Positions 1 to 8,220 are shown, numbered from the stretch's first letter. The stretch: DNA of 31,894 nucleotides from a virus (IMGVR_UViG_2558860161_000001), one strand, 5' to 3'. Made by a program: numbers and translations. Notes: generated by a model from the letters alone, not told the origin.

Positions 1-20
1 TGTACTAAGGAGCAGGAACA

Positions 21-113
21 ATGTGGTATTTACTTTGGTTCGTCGGCATTTTGTTGATGTGTTCGCTCTCCACCCTTGTGTTGGTATGGCTGGACCCGCG
101 TCTGAAAAGTTAA
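21..113 (+). CDS. appX: Cytochrome bd-II oxidase small accessory subunit AppX-like peptide (30 aa), host flank
   Basis: ATG at 21, TAA at 111-113. Translation MWYLLWFVGILLMCSLSTLVLVWLDPRLKS is a single-TM 30-aa peptide matching the enterobacterial AppX/CydX small-subunit family as I recall it. Not phage-like. Confidence 0.7.
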   Translation: MWYLLWFVGILLMCSLSTLVLVWLDPRLKS

Positions 114-178
114 CGAACGTAGGCCTGATGCGGCGTGATTAGACTTGAGATAAATGACAGGGGATAAGTGAGATAATT

Positions 179-213
179 ATGGGAAGTACTGGGTCAACAT
201 GGGAAGAGACTGG
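179..213. repeat. Direct repeats ATGGGAAG-N(1-2)-ACTGG at 179..193 and 199..213 near the prophage left end; candidate transposase-binding sites
   Basis: Two near-identical 14-15 bp direct repeats about 20 bp apart in the non-coding stretch between appX and mor. Related half-motifs AGACTGG/AGACTTG occur at 141..147, 207..213 and 250..256, and GAGATAA(A/T)T at 147..155 and 170..178. Confidence 0.4.
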
Positions 214-215
214 AT

Positions 216-248
<33 letters not shown>

Positions 249-296
249 AAGACTGGCCCGAAAAAAACAGAACTCGCACCAGCCTGATTGCAGATA

Positions 297-686
297 TTAC
301 TCCTTTTTCCCTGTATCGGCATCAGGTTCGCCATCAAACAGTTTGCCCTGCATCCGATCCAGTTCTTCTTTTCTGACCCGCTTCACCACGCTGTAAACCC
401 ACTGTAGTGAAACACCAAATTTGCGGGCCAGTTCGTGATGGTTGCGCCCGTCAAACTCCAGGAAAATTTCCCGGTCGCGCTGGCTGACCTTCCAGACCAT
501 GCCCATCGGAAAATAGACGTTTTGCCCACCCCAGACCTGCATCATGCGGTTCGCGACGGCCTGACCAATCTGGTCGGCAACTGCGGGTTCGATATCAATA
601 ATCTCGCGGACAGTCTCAGAGGTATGCTGTGCCAGTTCCACCAACAGTTCCGGCCCTTTACTACGAAACTGATTCAGGTCGCTCAT
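297..686 (-). CDS. mor: Mor/C-family transcriptional activator (Mu middle operon regulator homologue)
   Basis: Translation has the Mor/C C-terminal HTH signature (GGQNVYFPMG ... FNGRNHHELARKFGVSLQWVYSVVKR) resembling Mu Mor. Start moved to the internal ATG at 684..686, which has a GGGAG Shine-Dalgarno and an ATGA overlap with the upstream stop. Last gene of the leftward early operon. Confidence 0.8.
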   Translation of the reverse strand: MSDLNQFRSKGPELLVELAQHTSETVREIIDIEPAVADQIGQAVANRMMQVWGGQNVYFPMGMVWKVSQRDREIFLEFDGRNHHELARKFGVSLQWVYSVVKRVRKEELDRMQGKLFDGEPDADTGKKE

Positions 687-1111
687 TGCTTCACTCCCGC
701 AGCTCTGCGCTGCCACTTCTTCAGTTTCTCAATCACGCTACTTGCCTGCTCATTGCTGAGCCAGCGTAACGCGCTGATGCCGGTTTCCCGTTTAACCCAC
801 AGCGCCAGCGCCTGCTCTGAACTGTCACGGACGATGCCTGCGGCAGCCATTTCAAGCCATAGCGCACGGATTTTCTTTGACTGCGGATGGCTGTCGAGCG
901 GTAAGCCGGACTTGGCTTTCCCGGCAGGCTTAATGCGAAAGCCTTTCTTTTTCATTGATTCCAGCACGCGGTTTAGCTGTGGGGTATCCATCCCTTTGGT
1001 TGAGGCTTTGCCGGTCAGCCCCTGTAGCATCTGGCGGTAGGTGTCCTCATCCATCTGGAGGTCGCTGCGGGCAATATGAATGAGTTGAATAAGACGCTGC
1101 TTAGTCATCAT
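683..1111 (-). CDS. gemA: GemA-like protein (Mu gp16, DUF1018 family)
   Basis: Translation MMTKQRLIQLIHIARSDLQMDEDTYRQMLQGLTGK...NRVLESMKKKGF matches the conserved GemA N-terminal motif. ATG at 1109..1111 is preceded by an AAGGAG Shine-Dalgarno. The longer track ORF (to 1300) was rejected. Confidence 0.75.
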   Translation of the reverse strand: MMTKQRLIQLIHIARSDLQMDEDTYRQMLQGLTGKASTKGMDTPQLNRVLESMKKKGFRIKPAGKAKSGLPLDSHPQSKKIRALWLEMAAAGIVRDSSEQALALWVKRETGISALRWLSNEQASSVIEKLKKWQRRAAGVKQ

Positions 1112-1316
1112 TGCCACTCCTTTTACCTGCGCCACCGATATAGTCGACATATAAAGGAAGCGCGACAGGCCAGCACAGGAACATAACGGCCCAACTGATC
1201 CAGTGTCCGGTACCGCTGTAACGTGAGTAAAACCCTGAACGGCGGTGCAGTTCAGCAGTACACCACCCCACGAGACCATACCAGAACAAGGCACATACAA
1301 TTGATTCAGCCATCAT
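1101..1316 (-). CDS. Small hydrophobic protein (71 aa, two predicted TM helices), function unknown
   Basis: ORF with ATGA overlap to the upstream gene stop. Hydrophobic stretches IVCALFWYGLVGW and WISWAVMFLCWPVALPLYV. No recognisable family. Confidence 0.5.
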   Translation of the reverse strand: MMAESIVCALFWYGLVGWCTAELHRRSGFYSRYSGTGHWISWAVMFLCWPVALPLYVDYIGGAGKRSGNDD

Positions 1317-2002
1317 AAGCCACTCCCCAGCTTCCGCTGTTCCTGCCCGCTGACAGGCTGATGTAGACGGACGTTTTCTCCCTCTCTGTAACCGATGTGG
1401 CGGGACATGTCCGCGTCACGGGATTTACCGGCTTTGCGGCCAGAGGTTGTTCCTGAATCAGGGTATTTTTGTTCAAGCCAGAGGTTTGCCAGCTCCCGTT
1501 CTTCGCGGGACATAGCAAATAAATGAACCTCACTACGCACGGCCAGAACCCATCCTTCGGCAAATTTGTCACCACGGCTGGTCTTGGTCGTGTTTTTGAT
1601 TCTTTTATTCTGCTGTCGAATATAGTTTTTACGGGCCATGATTAACTGTCTGGCCAGTACCTCCCATGTATATGAGGCCAGTTCAACCCGGTCTTTATTA
1701 CCGTAAAAGCCAACGCCGGGTTTAAAGCCGGAGTGAATAATAGACTTAACGCCAAATGCCACCTGGATAATATCCAGCAGACCCAGCATATAACGCGGCG
1801 GATTAACGCTACCTGCAGCCCAGTAGTTACTGACGCTTTCATCAATATCACTGAGTGCGAGGTCAGCCTGGGTGATGTTATAGGCCTGCATCAGTTTCTG
1901 GGCGCGTTGCAGTGCCAGTGCCGCTTCATGGGGGTTATCGGATTTAGCCAGCGCAAGTAGCTTTTTTAACTTCTCCAGCAGCTTTTCATTATTCTGCGGC
2001 AT
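1313..2002 (-). CDS. DUF2786-like phage early protein
   Basis: N-terminal motif EKLLEKLKKLLALAKSDNPHEAALALQRAQKLM is typical of the DUF2786 family as I recall it. ATG at 2000..2002. Confidence 0.6.
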   Translation of the reverse strand: MPQNNEKLLEKLKKLLALAKSDNPHEAALALQRAQKLMQAYNITQADLALSDIDESVSNYWAAGSVNPPRYMLGLLDIIQVAFGVKSIIHSGFKPGVGFYGNKDRVELASYTWEVLARQLIMARKNYIRQQNKRIKNTTKTSRGDKFAEGWVLAVRSEVHLFAMSREERELANLWLEQKYPDSGTTSGRKAGKSRDADMSRHIGYREGENVRLHQPVSGQEQRKLGSGL

Positions 2003-2285
2003 AAGTCACCCCCAGGCGTTCGGCAAGGCGTTCCAGCTTTTTCTGCTTATGAAAATCAATCATCAGGCCCATCCCGTTTAGGCGGAACTGTTCAATCATG
2101 ATTTCAACGTCAGCCAGTTCGCCTGCCAGATCAACTTCATTGCCCAGTCCGTTCATGTTGCGGGCAGCAGCAGCGGCCAGTTCGGCAGCTTCTTCCATCA
2201 GCTTCAGAGCCTGAGCTTCTGGGCCGAAGGTTTTGAGGGCCAGATTGTAGATCGTCGAACGGTTATATAATTTCATGCCTTTCAT
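1989..2285 (-). CDS. Small all-alpha protein, possibly MazG-like NTP pyrophosphohydrolase
   Basis: 98-aa ORF with EExxE (LMEEAAELA) and ExxD (GELADVEIM) motifs consistent with the MazG/HisE-type fold. Assignment is tentative. Confidence 0.45.
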   Translation of the reverse strand: MKGMKLYNRSTIYNLALKTFGPEAQALKLMEEAAELAAAAARNMNGLGNEVDLAGELADVEIMIEQFRLNGMGLMIDFHKQKKLERLAERLGVTYAAE

Positions 2286-2300
2286 CTTATCTTCCCCAAA

Positions 2301-2573
2301 TCAATGGCGTGATACGCTGATAACTTTCACGTGGCCGTCCTCAGTAATTTCCAGCTCGTACAGCGGCGGCATTTTTCTCAGGTGGTCACTGGTGGCGTGA
2401 AGAACGTAAATGGCCTGATCTAGGCCATTTGTTGCTACGATGGCGTGTGAAGCCATGCTGATTAATTTGATTAATACCTGCCGGATATGGTTGGGATTTT
2501 CACAACCACATTCACTGATATATTCCGCGACAATTTCACGGGTCCGTTTTTCGGCTTCTTTTGCAGTAATCAT
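2301..2573 (-). CDS. Hypothetical early protein (90 aa)
   Basis: ORF in the early operon; its ATG overlaps the upstream stop (ATGA). No recognisable motif. Confidence 0.5.
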   Translation of the reverse strand: MITAKEAEKRTREIVAEYISECGCENPNHIRQVLIKLISMASHAIVATNGLDQAIYVLHATSDHLRKMPPLYELEITEDGHVKVISVSRH

Positions 2574-2758
2574 TTCTTTGCCTCACAAGGGATGAATTCC
2601 ATGGCCGGGACTTCGGTGTAGTAATGCTGGCTACAGTGTGGGCATACCAGCGTGATGAGGACGGCTGGTACGCGGTACTTACCGGAGGAAATGACGCTGG
2701 CGTCGCTGAACTTCAGGGTGGTGATACCTTTCTGGCAGTTGATACATTTGATGGACAT
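2570..2758 (-). CDS. Small zinc-ribbon protein (62 aa, CxxC ... CxxC)
   Basis: Cys pairs CINC (residues 5-8) and CPHC (39-42). AAGGA Shine-Dalgarno 8 nt upstream of ATG at 2756..2758. Confidence 0.55.
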   Translation of the reverse strand: MSIKCINCQKGITTLKFSDASVISSGKYRVPAVLITLVCPHCSQHYYTEVPAMEFIPCEAKK

Positions 2759-2779
2759 GATTTATTCCTTAATGCTGTT

Positions 2780-2814
2780 TTCGGCGTGCAGAAGCCCACG
2801 GCACTGACGCCGAA
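2780..2814 (-). other. Intergenic stem-loop (8-bp stem TTCGGCGT/ACGCCGAA) just upstream of the zinc-ribbon gene RBS
   Basis: Inverted repeat at 2780..2787 and 2807..2814. No U-tract follows on the transcribed (minus) strand, so it is not a classical intrinsic terminator; possible processing or attenuation element. Confidence 0.3.
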
Positions 2815-2836
2815 ATAAAAAGAAATTGAATTAAAA

Positions 2837-3448
2837 TTAAATGGCAGCGATATCTAACGGAATATTAATTAGCTTCCCGTGTTTATCTTTCTCCCGGAAA
2901 TTAATATAGGTTTTGGACATTGCCACCTGCAGTGATTCCGATATGGCCTCCATTGCCCGGTTCCAGCGCTCGTCCTGAATCTTGACGCGGCGCAGGGAAA
3001 GAATACGTCCGGTATTAAGCTGGCCCTCTTTGTCCACCTGAAAAGCATCGCTGATGATGGCCCGCAGGTTGGCGTTCGCGCCTTCCGACCACTCGGTGAC
3101 GCACTCGTCTATCAGGTCTTTGGCAATCTGCAGCTCTGGCCCGAAGGTCAGGGTTTCCTGCACGCGGATGGTGATCTGCTGAGCACCGTCGAAGCTGCTG
3201 AAGGTCACGTTGCCTTTGGCACCGCCACGCGTTCTGCCGTACTTCTCGGCCACAAGGTCAAGCCAGGCATAGCACTCGTCAAAGGCACGACGCTTGAAGT
3301 CACTGAGTTCATCGCGTTTAACCTTCGCGGCGACAACCTGTTCTTTAACGAAAGAGTCCATCGCAAGGTCATAGTCAGACACCTGGTCAACCGGCACCAG
3401 ACGCCCCTTGCGGTCTTTCATGTAGTTTTCTTTATTTACTTCGCTCAT
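2837..3448 (-). CDS. Conserved transposable-phage early protein (tentatively DUF3164-like)
   Basis: 203-aa ORF with AAGGTGA Shine-Dalgarno before ATG at 3446..3448. Position downstream of the helper ATPase and sequence character fit the family; assignment is from memory only. Confidence 0.55.
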   Translation of the reverse strand: MSEVNKENYMKDRKGRLVPVDQVSDYDLAMDSFVKEQVVAAKVKRDELSDFKRRAFDECYAWLDLVAEKYGRTRGGAKGNVTFSSFDGAQQITIRVQETLTFGPELQIAKDLIDECVTEWSEGANANLRAIISDAFQVDKEGQLNTGRILSLRRVKIQDERWNRAMEAISESLQVAMSKTYINFREKDKHGKLINIPLDIAAI

Positions 3449-3465
3449 CTCTGTTCACCTTATGG

Positions 3466-3735
3466 TTAATGTAACGACTCTGACCAGGTAATACGGCAGC
3501 CATGCAACTCAAAGACACCCTGACGGAAGCGCCCTGAGCCGTCATGGCCAACATGGGTATAACTCGCTTTGCCCTGCTCCAGCAGGCGGGCACAGTGCCC
3601 GTTGCGGGCGATACGGATAACCGGCTTACTGCCAGCAATCATGACGCTCTGCACGGTAGTGTTCATGGCGTTGAGCGCCATAATGGCGGACTGCACCTTG
3701 TTCATCTGCTGGTTGATATCGGCGATGGATTTCAT
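3466..3735 (-). CDS. Hypothetical early protein (89 aa)
   Basis: ORF starting 2 nt after the stop of the helper ATPase gene. No recognisable motif. Confidence 0.5.
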   Translation of the reverse strand: MKSIADINQQMNKVQSAIMALNAMNTTVQSVMIAGSKPVIRIARNGHCARLLEQGKASYTHVGHDGSGRFRQGVFELHGCRITWSESLH

Positions 3736-3737
3736 GC

Positions 3738-4904
3738 TTAAACTCCTTTGACGACGTCGGCGTTGACCTGCGGGACCCCGATTTCAGCAGCCAGATTCAT
3801 GGCGGCTATCACCAGGTTACTGACGGCCAGCGGATACAGCAGGCTGACCATGCTTTTACGGCTACTACCCAGATTGCTCAGACGGGCGCGGATGGCTTCC
3901 ACTGCGCTGGCGTCCATGATGTCGGCCAGCTGCTTACCGGCACGTTGCAGTTTGAACGTCAGAAACTCTTCGAGGCTGTTGTCCAGCGGCAGCAATTCAA
4001 CCAACTCGCAGCGCTGGACGACCTCACGGACTTCCATGTTGCGTTCGGACAGTTTGTCCGCCAGTTCAGGCTGGCCAATCAGCACGATGGACAGCAGTTT
4101 TTTGAAGCCGGACTCCAGTTCGAAGAAGCGTTTAAGGTGCTTCAGCGTCGGAATGGGAAGGCTGTGGGCCTCCTCAATCACCAGAACGTGGCTGAAACCC
4201 GCCTGACTGCTGTCCTTCAGGACTCGGTGCAACTGGCGGAAGCGGGCGTCCTGGCTGCGTTTGATACTCTCCAGCGGCGCGATGGTGCTGATGATGGCCT
4301 CGGCGATAGCTGCCGCCTTCAGGGTTTTGCCCTTCACGTCGTTGTCTTCCATGGCGATGATGTATGGCTCGATTACAATCACCGGCGCGTTCTCGCGGTT
4401 GACGCGTTCAATCAGGTCGCGGCGCAGCGTGGATTTACCCGCACCGGACTCGCCGATAACCGCCAGAAAGCCACCATGGCGGGCGGTCTGGAACAGCGCC
4501 TCACGCACGTAGCGGATATCCGGCGTGGTGAACACATCGTCCGCGCCCTGCATGGCTTCATCGGCGAACGGATCACGGAAAAGGCCAAACGCTTTTTTGG
4601 TTGCTGGAAATAACACCTGCTTTTTGAGTAACATGTTCTCTTCCTCACTGAGGTTGGTTTTATCGGTAGTACCCGCTGTACGGGGCGTGACAGCGCCCTG
4701 TGCAGCATCAAAACTTTTCACTGTATCAATCCCCTTACTTTCCAGATACAACGCCAGACGCTGGCGTACCTCTTCGGGGCTGGTGCGTGGCCACTCGTTA
4801 TGGTTCACAATCTGGGCCAGCGTGGCCTCGGAAACGGCGACGGCTCTTGCCACCACCGCCTGCGGGATGCGGGCCTCTTTCAGTTGTTGCTTCAGTACCA
4901 GCAT
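3738..4904 (-). CDS. Transposition helper AAA+ ATPase (MuB/TniB-like)
   Basis: Walker A GESGAGKST and Walker B-like HVLVIEEAH. GAGGAGG Shine-Dalgarno before ATG at 4902..4904. Immediately downstream of the transposase gene, as in Mu A-B. Confidence 0.85.
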   Translation of the reverse strand: MLVLKQQLKEARIPQAVVARAVAVSEATLAQIVNHNEWPRTSPEEVRQRLALYLESKGIDTVKSFDAAQGAVTPRTAGTTDKTNLSEEENMLLKKQVLFPATKKAFGLFRDPFADEAMQGADDVFTTPDIRYVREALFQTARHGGFLAVIGESGAGKSTLRRDLIERVNRENAPVIVIEPYIIAMEDNDVKGKTLKAAAIAEAIISTIAPLESIKRSQDARFRQLHRVLKDSSQAGFSHVLVIEEAHSLPIPTLKHLKRFFELESGFKKLLSIVLIGQPELADKLSERNMEVREVVQRCELVELLPLDNSLEEFLTFKLQRAGKQLADIMDASAVEAIRARLSNLGSSRKSMVSLLYPLAVSNLVIAAMNLAAEIGVPQVNADVVKGV

Positions 4905-4914
4905 GCCTTCCTCC

Positions 4915-6684
4915 TCAGTTACCGTTAACGATGCTGATAACGCTGTTGCGGGCCGGAGTGGTCAGGGTAACCATCACCTCATCCAGCGCGGCTTCAGGTA
5001 CGCCATCCGGGTACTGCGCCGTTAACTGGCGGTAATGTTCCGGCGTCCAGATATGGCCGTTAGCGCCAAACTTCTCGCGCAGGGCTTTCGCCGCCTCCAC
5101 ATGGGTCAGCGGACGCTGCTCAATACGCGGCCCGCGCACGTCTGAAGCCTGACCGCGCTTCGGCATATAGGCCGGAAGCGTGGTGTCGTCGATATGTTTG
5201 TACGGGTCAAGTCGCCCGCCGAACGGCAGCGCCTTCGCCTTGCGTGCAGCAGCTGCATCGGTGGCGTTATCGGTGCCCGTAACCAGCTCTTCGATTTCTT
5301 TTGCCGCCGTCTGCGCCGGGGTCTCCGGCAGGGCTTTGTAGTTTTCGCCAAATACCGCCGCGTTTTCGGCAAAGCCGAACTCGTTCTTTCTGACCTCCTC
5401 GACCAGGAAGAACGTCTCGTGACCGTCCTCACCGGTCAGCACCACCTGCGCCACATCGCTGCGCCACGGGTTACGGGTAATCATCAGTTTTTCGCCGACC
5501 AGTACGCCCGGTACCGTCGAAACGTCAAACTCATTGCCCCGGAACGAGACGCGCAGTTTTGGTGTGACCTTACGGAGTTCCGGTGCGGCCACCGCCAGTT
5601 CGCGGCAAACCTCAACGGATGGCGCTTTTTTCAGCTGGTCAGCAGTAATCTTCAGCCAGATATCCGTGCGGGTTTTACCGTGGCGGCTGTGGACCGCCGT
5701 GGCGTTAAAGTGGCTGCGCCATTTCACCGCCAGTGCGTTCAGTTCGTCCAGGCTATGAACCGGCTGGAATTTGAGACCCGGCTCCAGTTTACGTTCGATA
5801 ATGTCACGGGCCTTTTCCACCTGCCCGGTGGCGCGGGCGTTATGCGGCTTGTGCGCTATCAGATTGATGCCCAGCGAGCGGCACATGTTTTTCGTCATGC
5901 CAGCGGTGTTCGCCGAACCGGGATCAAGGTAGAGTATTTTCGGCACGCCGTGCAGCACGTCCGCGCCGCCGCGCTCCTGCATGGCGTTGATAAGCACAGA
6001 ACAGAGGTTCTCACCAGATTCCGCACCCATCACGTACTCAACGTAAATCCAGCCGCTGGTATGGTCGGTAATCTCGTAACTCCACACGCGGTCACTGGCG
6101 ATGCGGGCGATGTTGGCAGGCTTGTTCTTGTAGAACTTCGAGCTGTCCATCACCTGCAACCCTTTATGGCCGTTGCTCAGGTAGTAAAGCGTACAAAGTG
6201 AGGCATCAATCTCCCAGACGTGATTGGGATGCAGGCTGGCCATCTCGGACGACGGGGCCGGTGCGTCAAGCTGTTCCGGGTGCAGACCATAGTTCCGCAG
6301 GGCGCGGCTGATGGTGTCCTCGGACAGCGGGAAAAACTCGCCTGTGGCCTCGTCCGTTCTGCCAGCAGTGATAAAGCCGTTTGACCGCAGGGTCTCCACC
6401 GCATCCGCGATGGAATACAGGCGCTTACCGTTCTTACGGGTGGCCTCGCGCAGCGTGGCAGATATCAGCGCGGCTTCGTCGCGGCTCAGGGCACTGCGCC
6501 CGGCATCGGCGCGTTTTTTACGTTTGTCAGTCACTGATACCTCCTTCAGCTTGCGCAGCAGGGTGGCGCGGGAAATGCCCAGTTCGGCGCAGGCGGCATC
6601 ATATATCGCACCACGCTTACCATGCCCCGCGTCACGTGCCGCGCGGGCAACATAAACCAGTCGTTCAGTCAGGGCGGCACTCAT
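4915..6684 (-). CDS. DDE transposase (transposable-phage TnpA, rve/Tn552-like catalytic core)
   Basis: 589 aa. N-terminal HTH-like region, then catalytic residues in HVWEIDAS and ILYLDPGSANT contexts followed by a conserved Glu region. AGGAGG Shine-Dalgarno 8 nt upstream. Confidence 0.9.
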   Translation of the reverse strand: MSAALTERLVYVARAARDAGHGKRGAIYDAACAELGISRATLLRKLKEVSVTDKRKKRADAGRSALSRDEAALISATLREATRKNGKRLYSIADAVETLRSNGFITAGRTDEATGEFFPLSEDTISRALRNYGLHPEQLDAPAPSSEMASLHPNHVWEIDASLCTLYYLSNGHKGLQVMDSSKFYKNKPANIARIASDRVWSYEITDHTSGWIYVEYVMGAESGENLCSVLINAMQERGGADVLHGVPKILYLDPGSANTAGMTKNMCRSLGINLIAHKPHNARATGQVEKARDIIERKLEPGLKFQPVHSLDELNALAVKWRSHFNATAVHSRHGKTRTDIWLKITADQLKKAPSVEVCRELAVAAPELRKVTPKLRVSFRGNEFDVSTVPGVLVGEKLMITRNPWRSDVAQVVLTGEDGHETFFLVEEVRKNEFGFAENAAVFGENYKALPETPAQTAAKEIEELVTGTDNATDAAAARKAKALPFGGRLDPYKHIDDTTLPAYMPKRGQASDVRGPRIEQRPLTHVEAAKALREKFGANGHIWTPEHYRQLTAQYPDGVPEAALDEVMVTLTTPARNSVISIVNGN

Positions 6685-6687
6685 GGG

Positions 6688-7596
6688 TTATGCCTCCTGC
6701 CCGTTAATCTCTGGCGTCGGGTCAGTCAGCCATGAAGGGGCGGCGTTGCCTGTCGGCTCGTCCGGCAGGTCAAATGTGGAGCGTAGGCTACGCGCGGTGC
6801 TTTCCAACTGGCAGACCAGACCGGCCATAAAGTCTCTGGGGGTATCAATCATATTTTCAGCACAGTATGCGCACAGGGTCTCAAAGGCGCTGGACAGTCG
6901 AACGGCGATGGCAGATTCCGCCTCAACCGCTAACGCTGTAACTTCCGCACGCAGCTTCTTCACCTCTTCGTCAGGCTTGGGCGGCTGGATACGGGATTTC
7001 TTCTCCAGTTTTGTGGAGAGCGAGTCGATTTTTTCGTTTTTGTCGGCAAGCACGCGCTGTTGTGCTGCGTTGGTTTCGCGGGCTTCACGTAGGGCTTGAC
7101 GCAATTCTCTACAGCTCATGCGGTCGACATCATCTAGTTTCAGACCCGCTACAGTGCCACCATCAGCCAGTTCAGCGAGAGATTCATCATCTTCAGTCAT
7201 CAATTCAAAAAGTTTGGATTTACCCAAATGTGCCAACGTTGGCACATTTGATTTCAGTGCGGGGGATAAGTATTTAGTCGATGCTTGCATCATCCGCACA
7301 GAAGTTCGGTATGGTAAGCCCAACTCATTTTCAAGAATGTTAATAAATTCCCCGTGCGGCTCATTTTCTTTAAGAATTACAAGGCGCTTACCTGCTTCCA
7401 GCATCGCCTCAGCACTCTGTGCCATATAAAACCGTGTTTCGTGAACAATACGATCACGTTCATACGGCAGACCATCACCGAACTGCTGCATGATTTCGAG
7501 GCGATGTTCGGTCATGGCATTAAGACTAACGTTGAGGCCATCACTCAGCGGAGCATCTTCCATTAGTTCAACTGGTTGTGATTTTGTGCGTCCCAT
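6688..7596 (-). CDS. Early protein with DUF3102-like N-terminal domain and central coiled coil
   Basis: Motif AGKRLVILKENEPHGEFINILENELGLPYRTSVRMMQAS resembles the DUF3102 signature (from memory). GGAG Shine-Dalgarno before ATG at 7594..7596. Confidence 0.55.
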   Translation of the reverse strand: MGRTKSQPVELMEDAPLSDGLNVSLNAMTEHRLEIMQQFGDGLPYERDRIVHETRFYMAQSAEAMLEAGKRLVILKENEPHGEFINILENELGLPYRTSVRMMQASTKYLSPALKSNVPTLAHLGKSKLFELMTEDDESLAELADGGTVAGLKLDDVDRMSCRELRQALREARETNAAQQRVLADKNEKIDSLSTKLEKKSRIQPPKPDEEVKKLRAEVTALAVEAESAIAVRLSSAFETLCAYCAENMIDTPRDFMAGLVCQLESTARSLRSTFDLPDEPTGNAAPSWLTDPTPEINGQEA

Positions 7597-7605
7597 TTCA
7601 ACTCC

Positions 7606-7911
7606 TTAGCGACTACCAGCCATAACACGCTGGTTGATTTCATTAATACGATCCTGCGCCCGCGCCATTTCGGTACTGTGCGCCATGGCGATTTGTAAGA
7701 GCTGGACTCCAGGGGCAAAACGCCCGTTATCCAGTTTCAGGGCCAGTCCTTCTTCGATAAGGGTATTGAGCGCCCGATTGATATTCGCCGGGGACTCGCC
7801 CAGAGCTGACGCCAGCTCGCCGTTAGAAACACCGTTCAGAGCGTGACCGCGTAAAGCCTTAAGGACACGCAAAATACGGGTACCTGAGCTTGATGTATTT
7901 GGTTTACTCAT
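7606..7911 (-). CDS. Winged-helix HTH DNA-binding protein (IclR/MarR-like N-terminal domain)
   Basis: TRILRVLKALRGHALNGVSNGELASALGESPANINRALNTLIEEGLA is a typical wHTH pattern. ATGA overlap with the ner stop. Confidence 0.6.
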   Translation of the reverse strand: MSKPNTSSSGTRILRVLKALRGHALNGVSNGELASALGESPANINRALNTLIEEGLALKLDNGRFAPGVQLLQIAMAHSTEMARAQDRINEINQRVMAGSR

Positions 7912-8132
7912 GACGCCTCCTTGAGGATGCCGGGGGTAACTTCTTTGCCTATTGCGACCGAAAGGTCTCGCAAAATCCGATAAGTCAAACGACCGCGTGG
8001 AAGTTCGCTTTTGCCTGCCCAGCGGCTGACAGCCTGGGTGACTGTTCGTGGCTCATAGCCCGCGTTAAGCGCGAACTGGCGCAAGCTACTGCCTCTTTCA
8101 ACCAGCCGTGCCCGAACTTGTTGTTTGTTCAT
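7908..8132 (-). CDS. ner: Ner-like DNA-binding protein (Ner/Nlp family), first gene of the early operon
   Basis: 74 aa from ATG at 8130..8132 (AGGA Shine-Dalgarno upstream). LRQFALNAGYEPRTVTQAVSR resembles the Mu Ner/E. coli Nlp HTH. Confidence 0.7.
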   Translation of the reverse strand: MNKQQVRARLVERGSSLRQFALNAGYEPRTVTQAVSRWAGKSELPRGRLTYRILRDLSVAIGKEVTPGILKEAS

Positions 8133-8176
8133 ATGCACCGTGTTCCTGTTGGGTTATGATGTACTCTATTGGGTCT

Positions 8177-8204
8177 ATTGTACGCACCCGAACGGGTATG
8201 TCAA
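8177..8204 (-). promoter_or_regulatory. Predicted early promoter (Pe): -35 TTGACA, 16-nt spacer, -10 TACAAT, with dyad operator ACCCG-AA-CGGGT in the spacer
   Basis: Reverse complement of 8199..8204 is TTGACA and of 8177..8182 is TACAAT. The inverted repeat at 8186..8197 sits between them. Located about 45 nt upstream of the ner start codon. Confidence 0.55.
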
Positions 8205-8220
8205 ATTGAGATATGTTCAA

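Noticed and set aside
114-160. Mu-type attL end sequence (MuA-binding consensus)
   Set aside because: The sequence TGATTAGACTTGAG near 136 shares only fragments (TGATT, CTTGA) with the Mu left end; the transposase here appears to belong to a different family, so a Mu-type end is not expected and cannot be claimed.
297-716. Longer N-terminally extended forms of Mor (to 716) and GemA (to 1300) from the ORF track
   Set aside because: Internal ATG codons at 684..686 and 1109..1111 have good Shine-Dalgarno sequences and give ATGA-coupled, non-overlapping genes of the expected family lengths.
5194-6201. 335-aa ORF antisense to the transposase gene, and similar long antisense ORFs at 13348..14085, 18791..19543 and 27681..28418
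   Set aside because: Each lies entirely inside a well-supported gene on the other strand and has Arg/Leu/Val-rich composition typical of antisense artefacts in high-GC coding sequence.
8125-8220. N-terminal extension of the repressor ORF starting at 8125
   Set aside because: The extension would run across the early promoter and operator and begins with a non-ATG codon; ATG at 8221 gives a typical XRE-family N-terminus.
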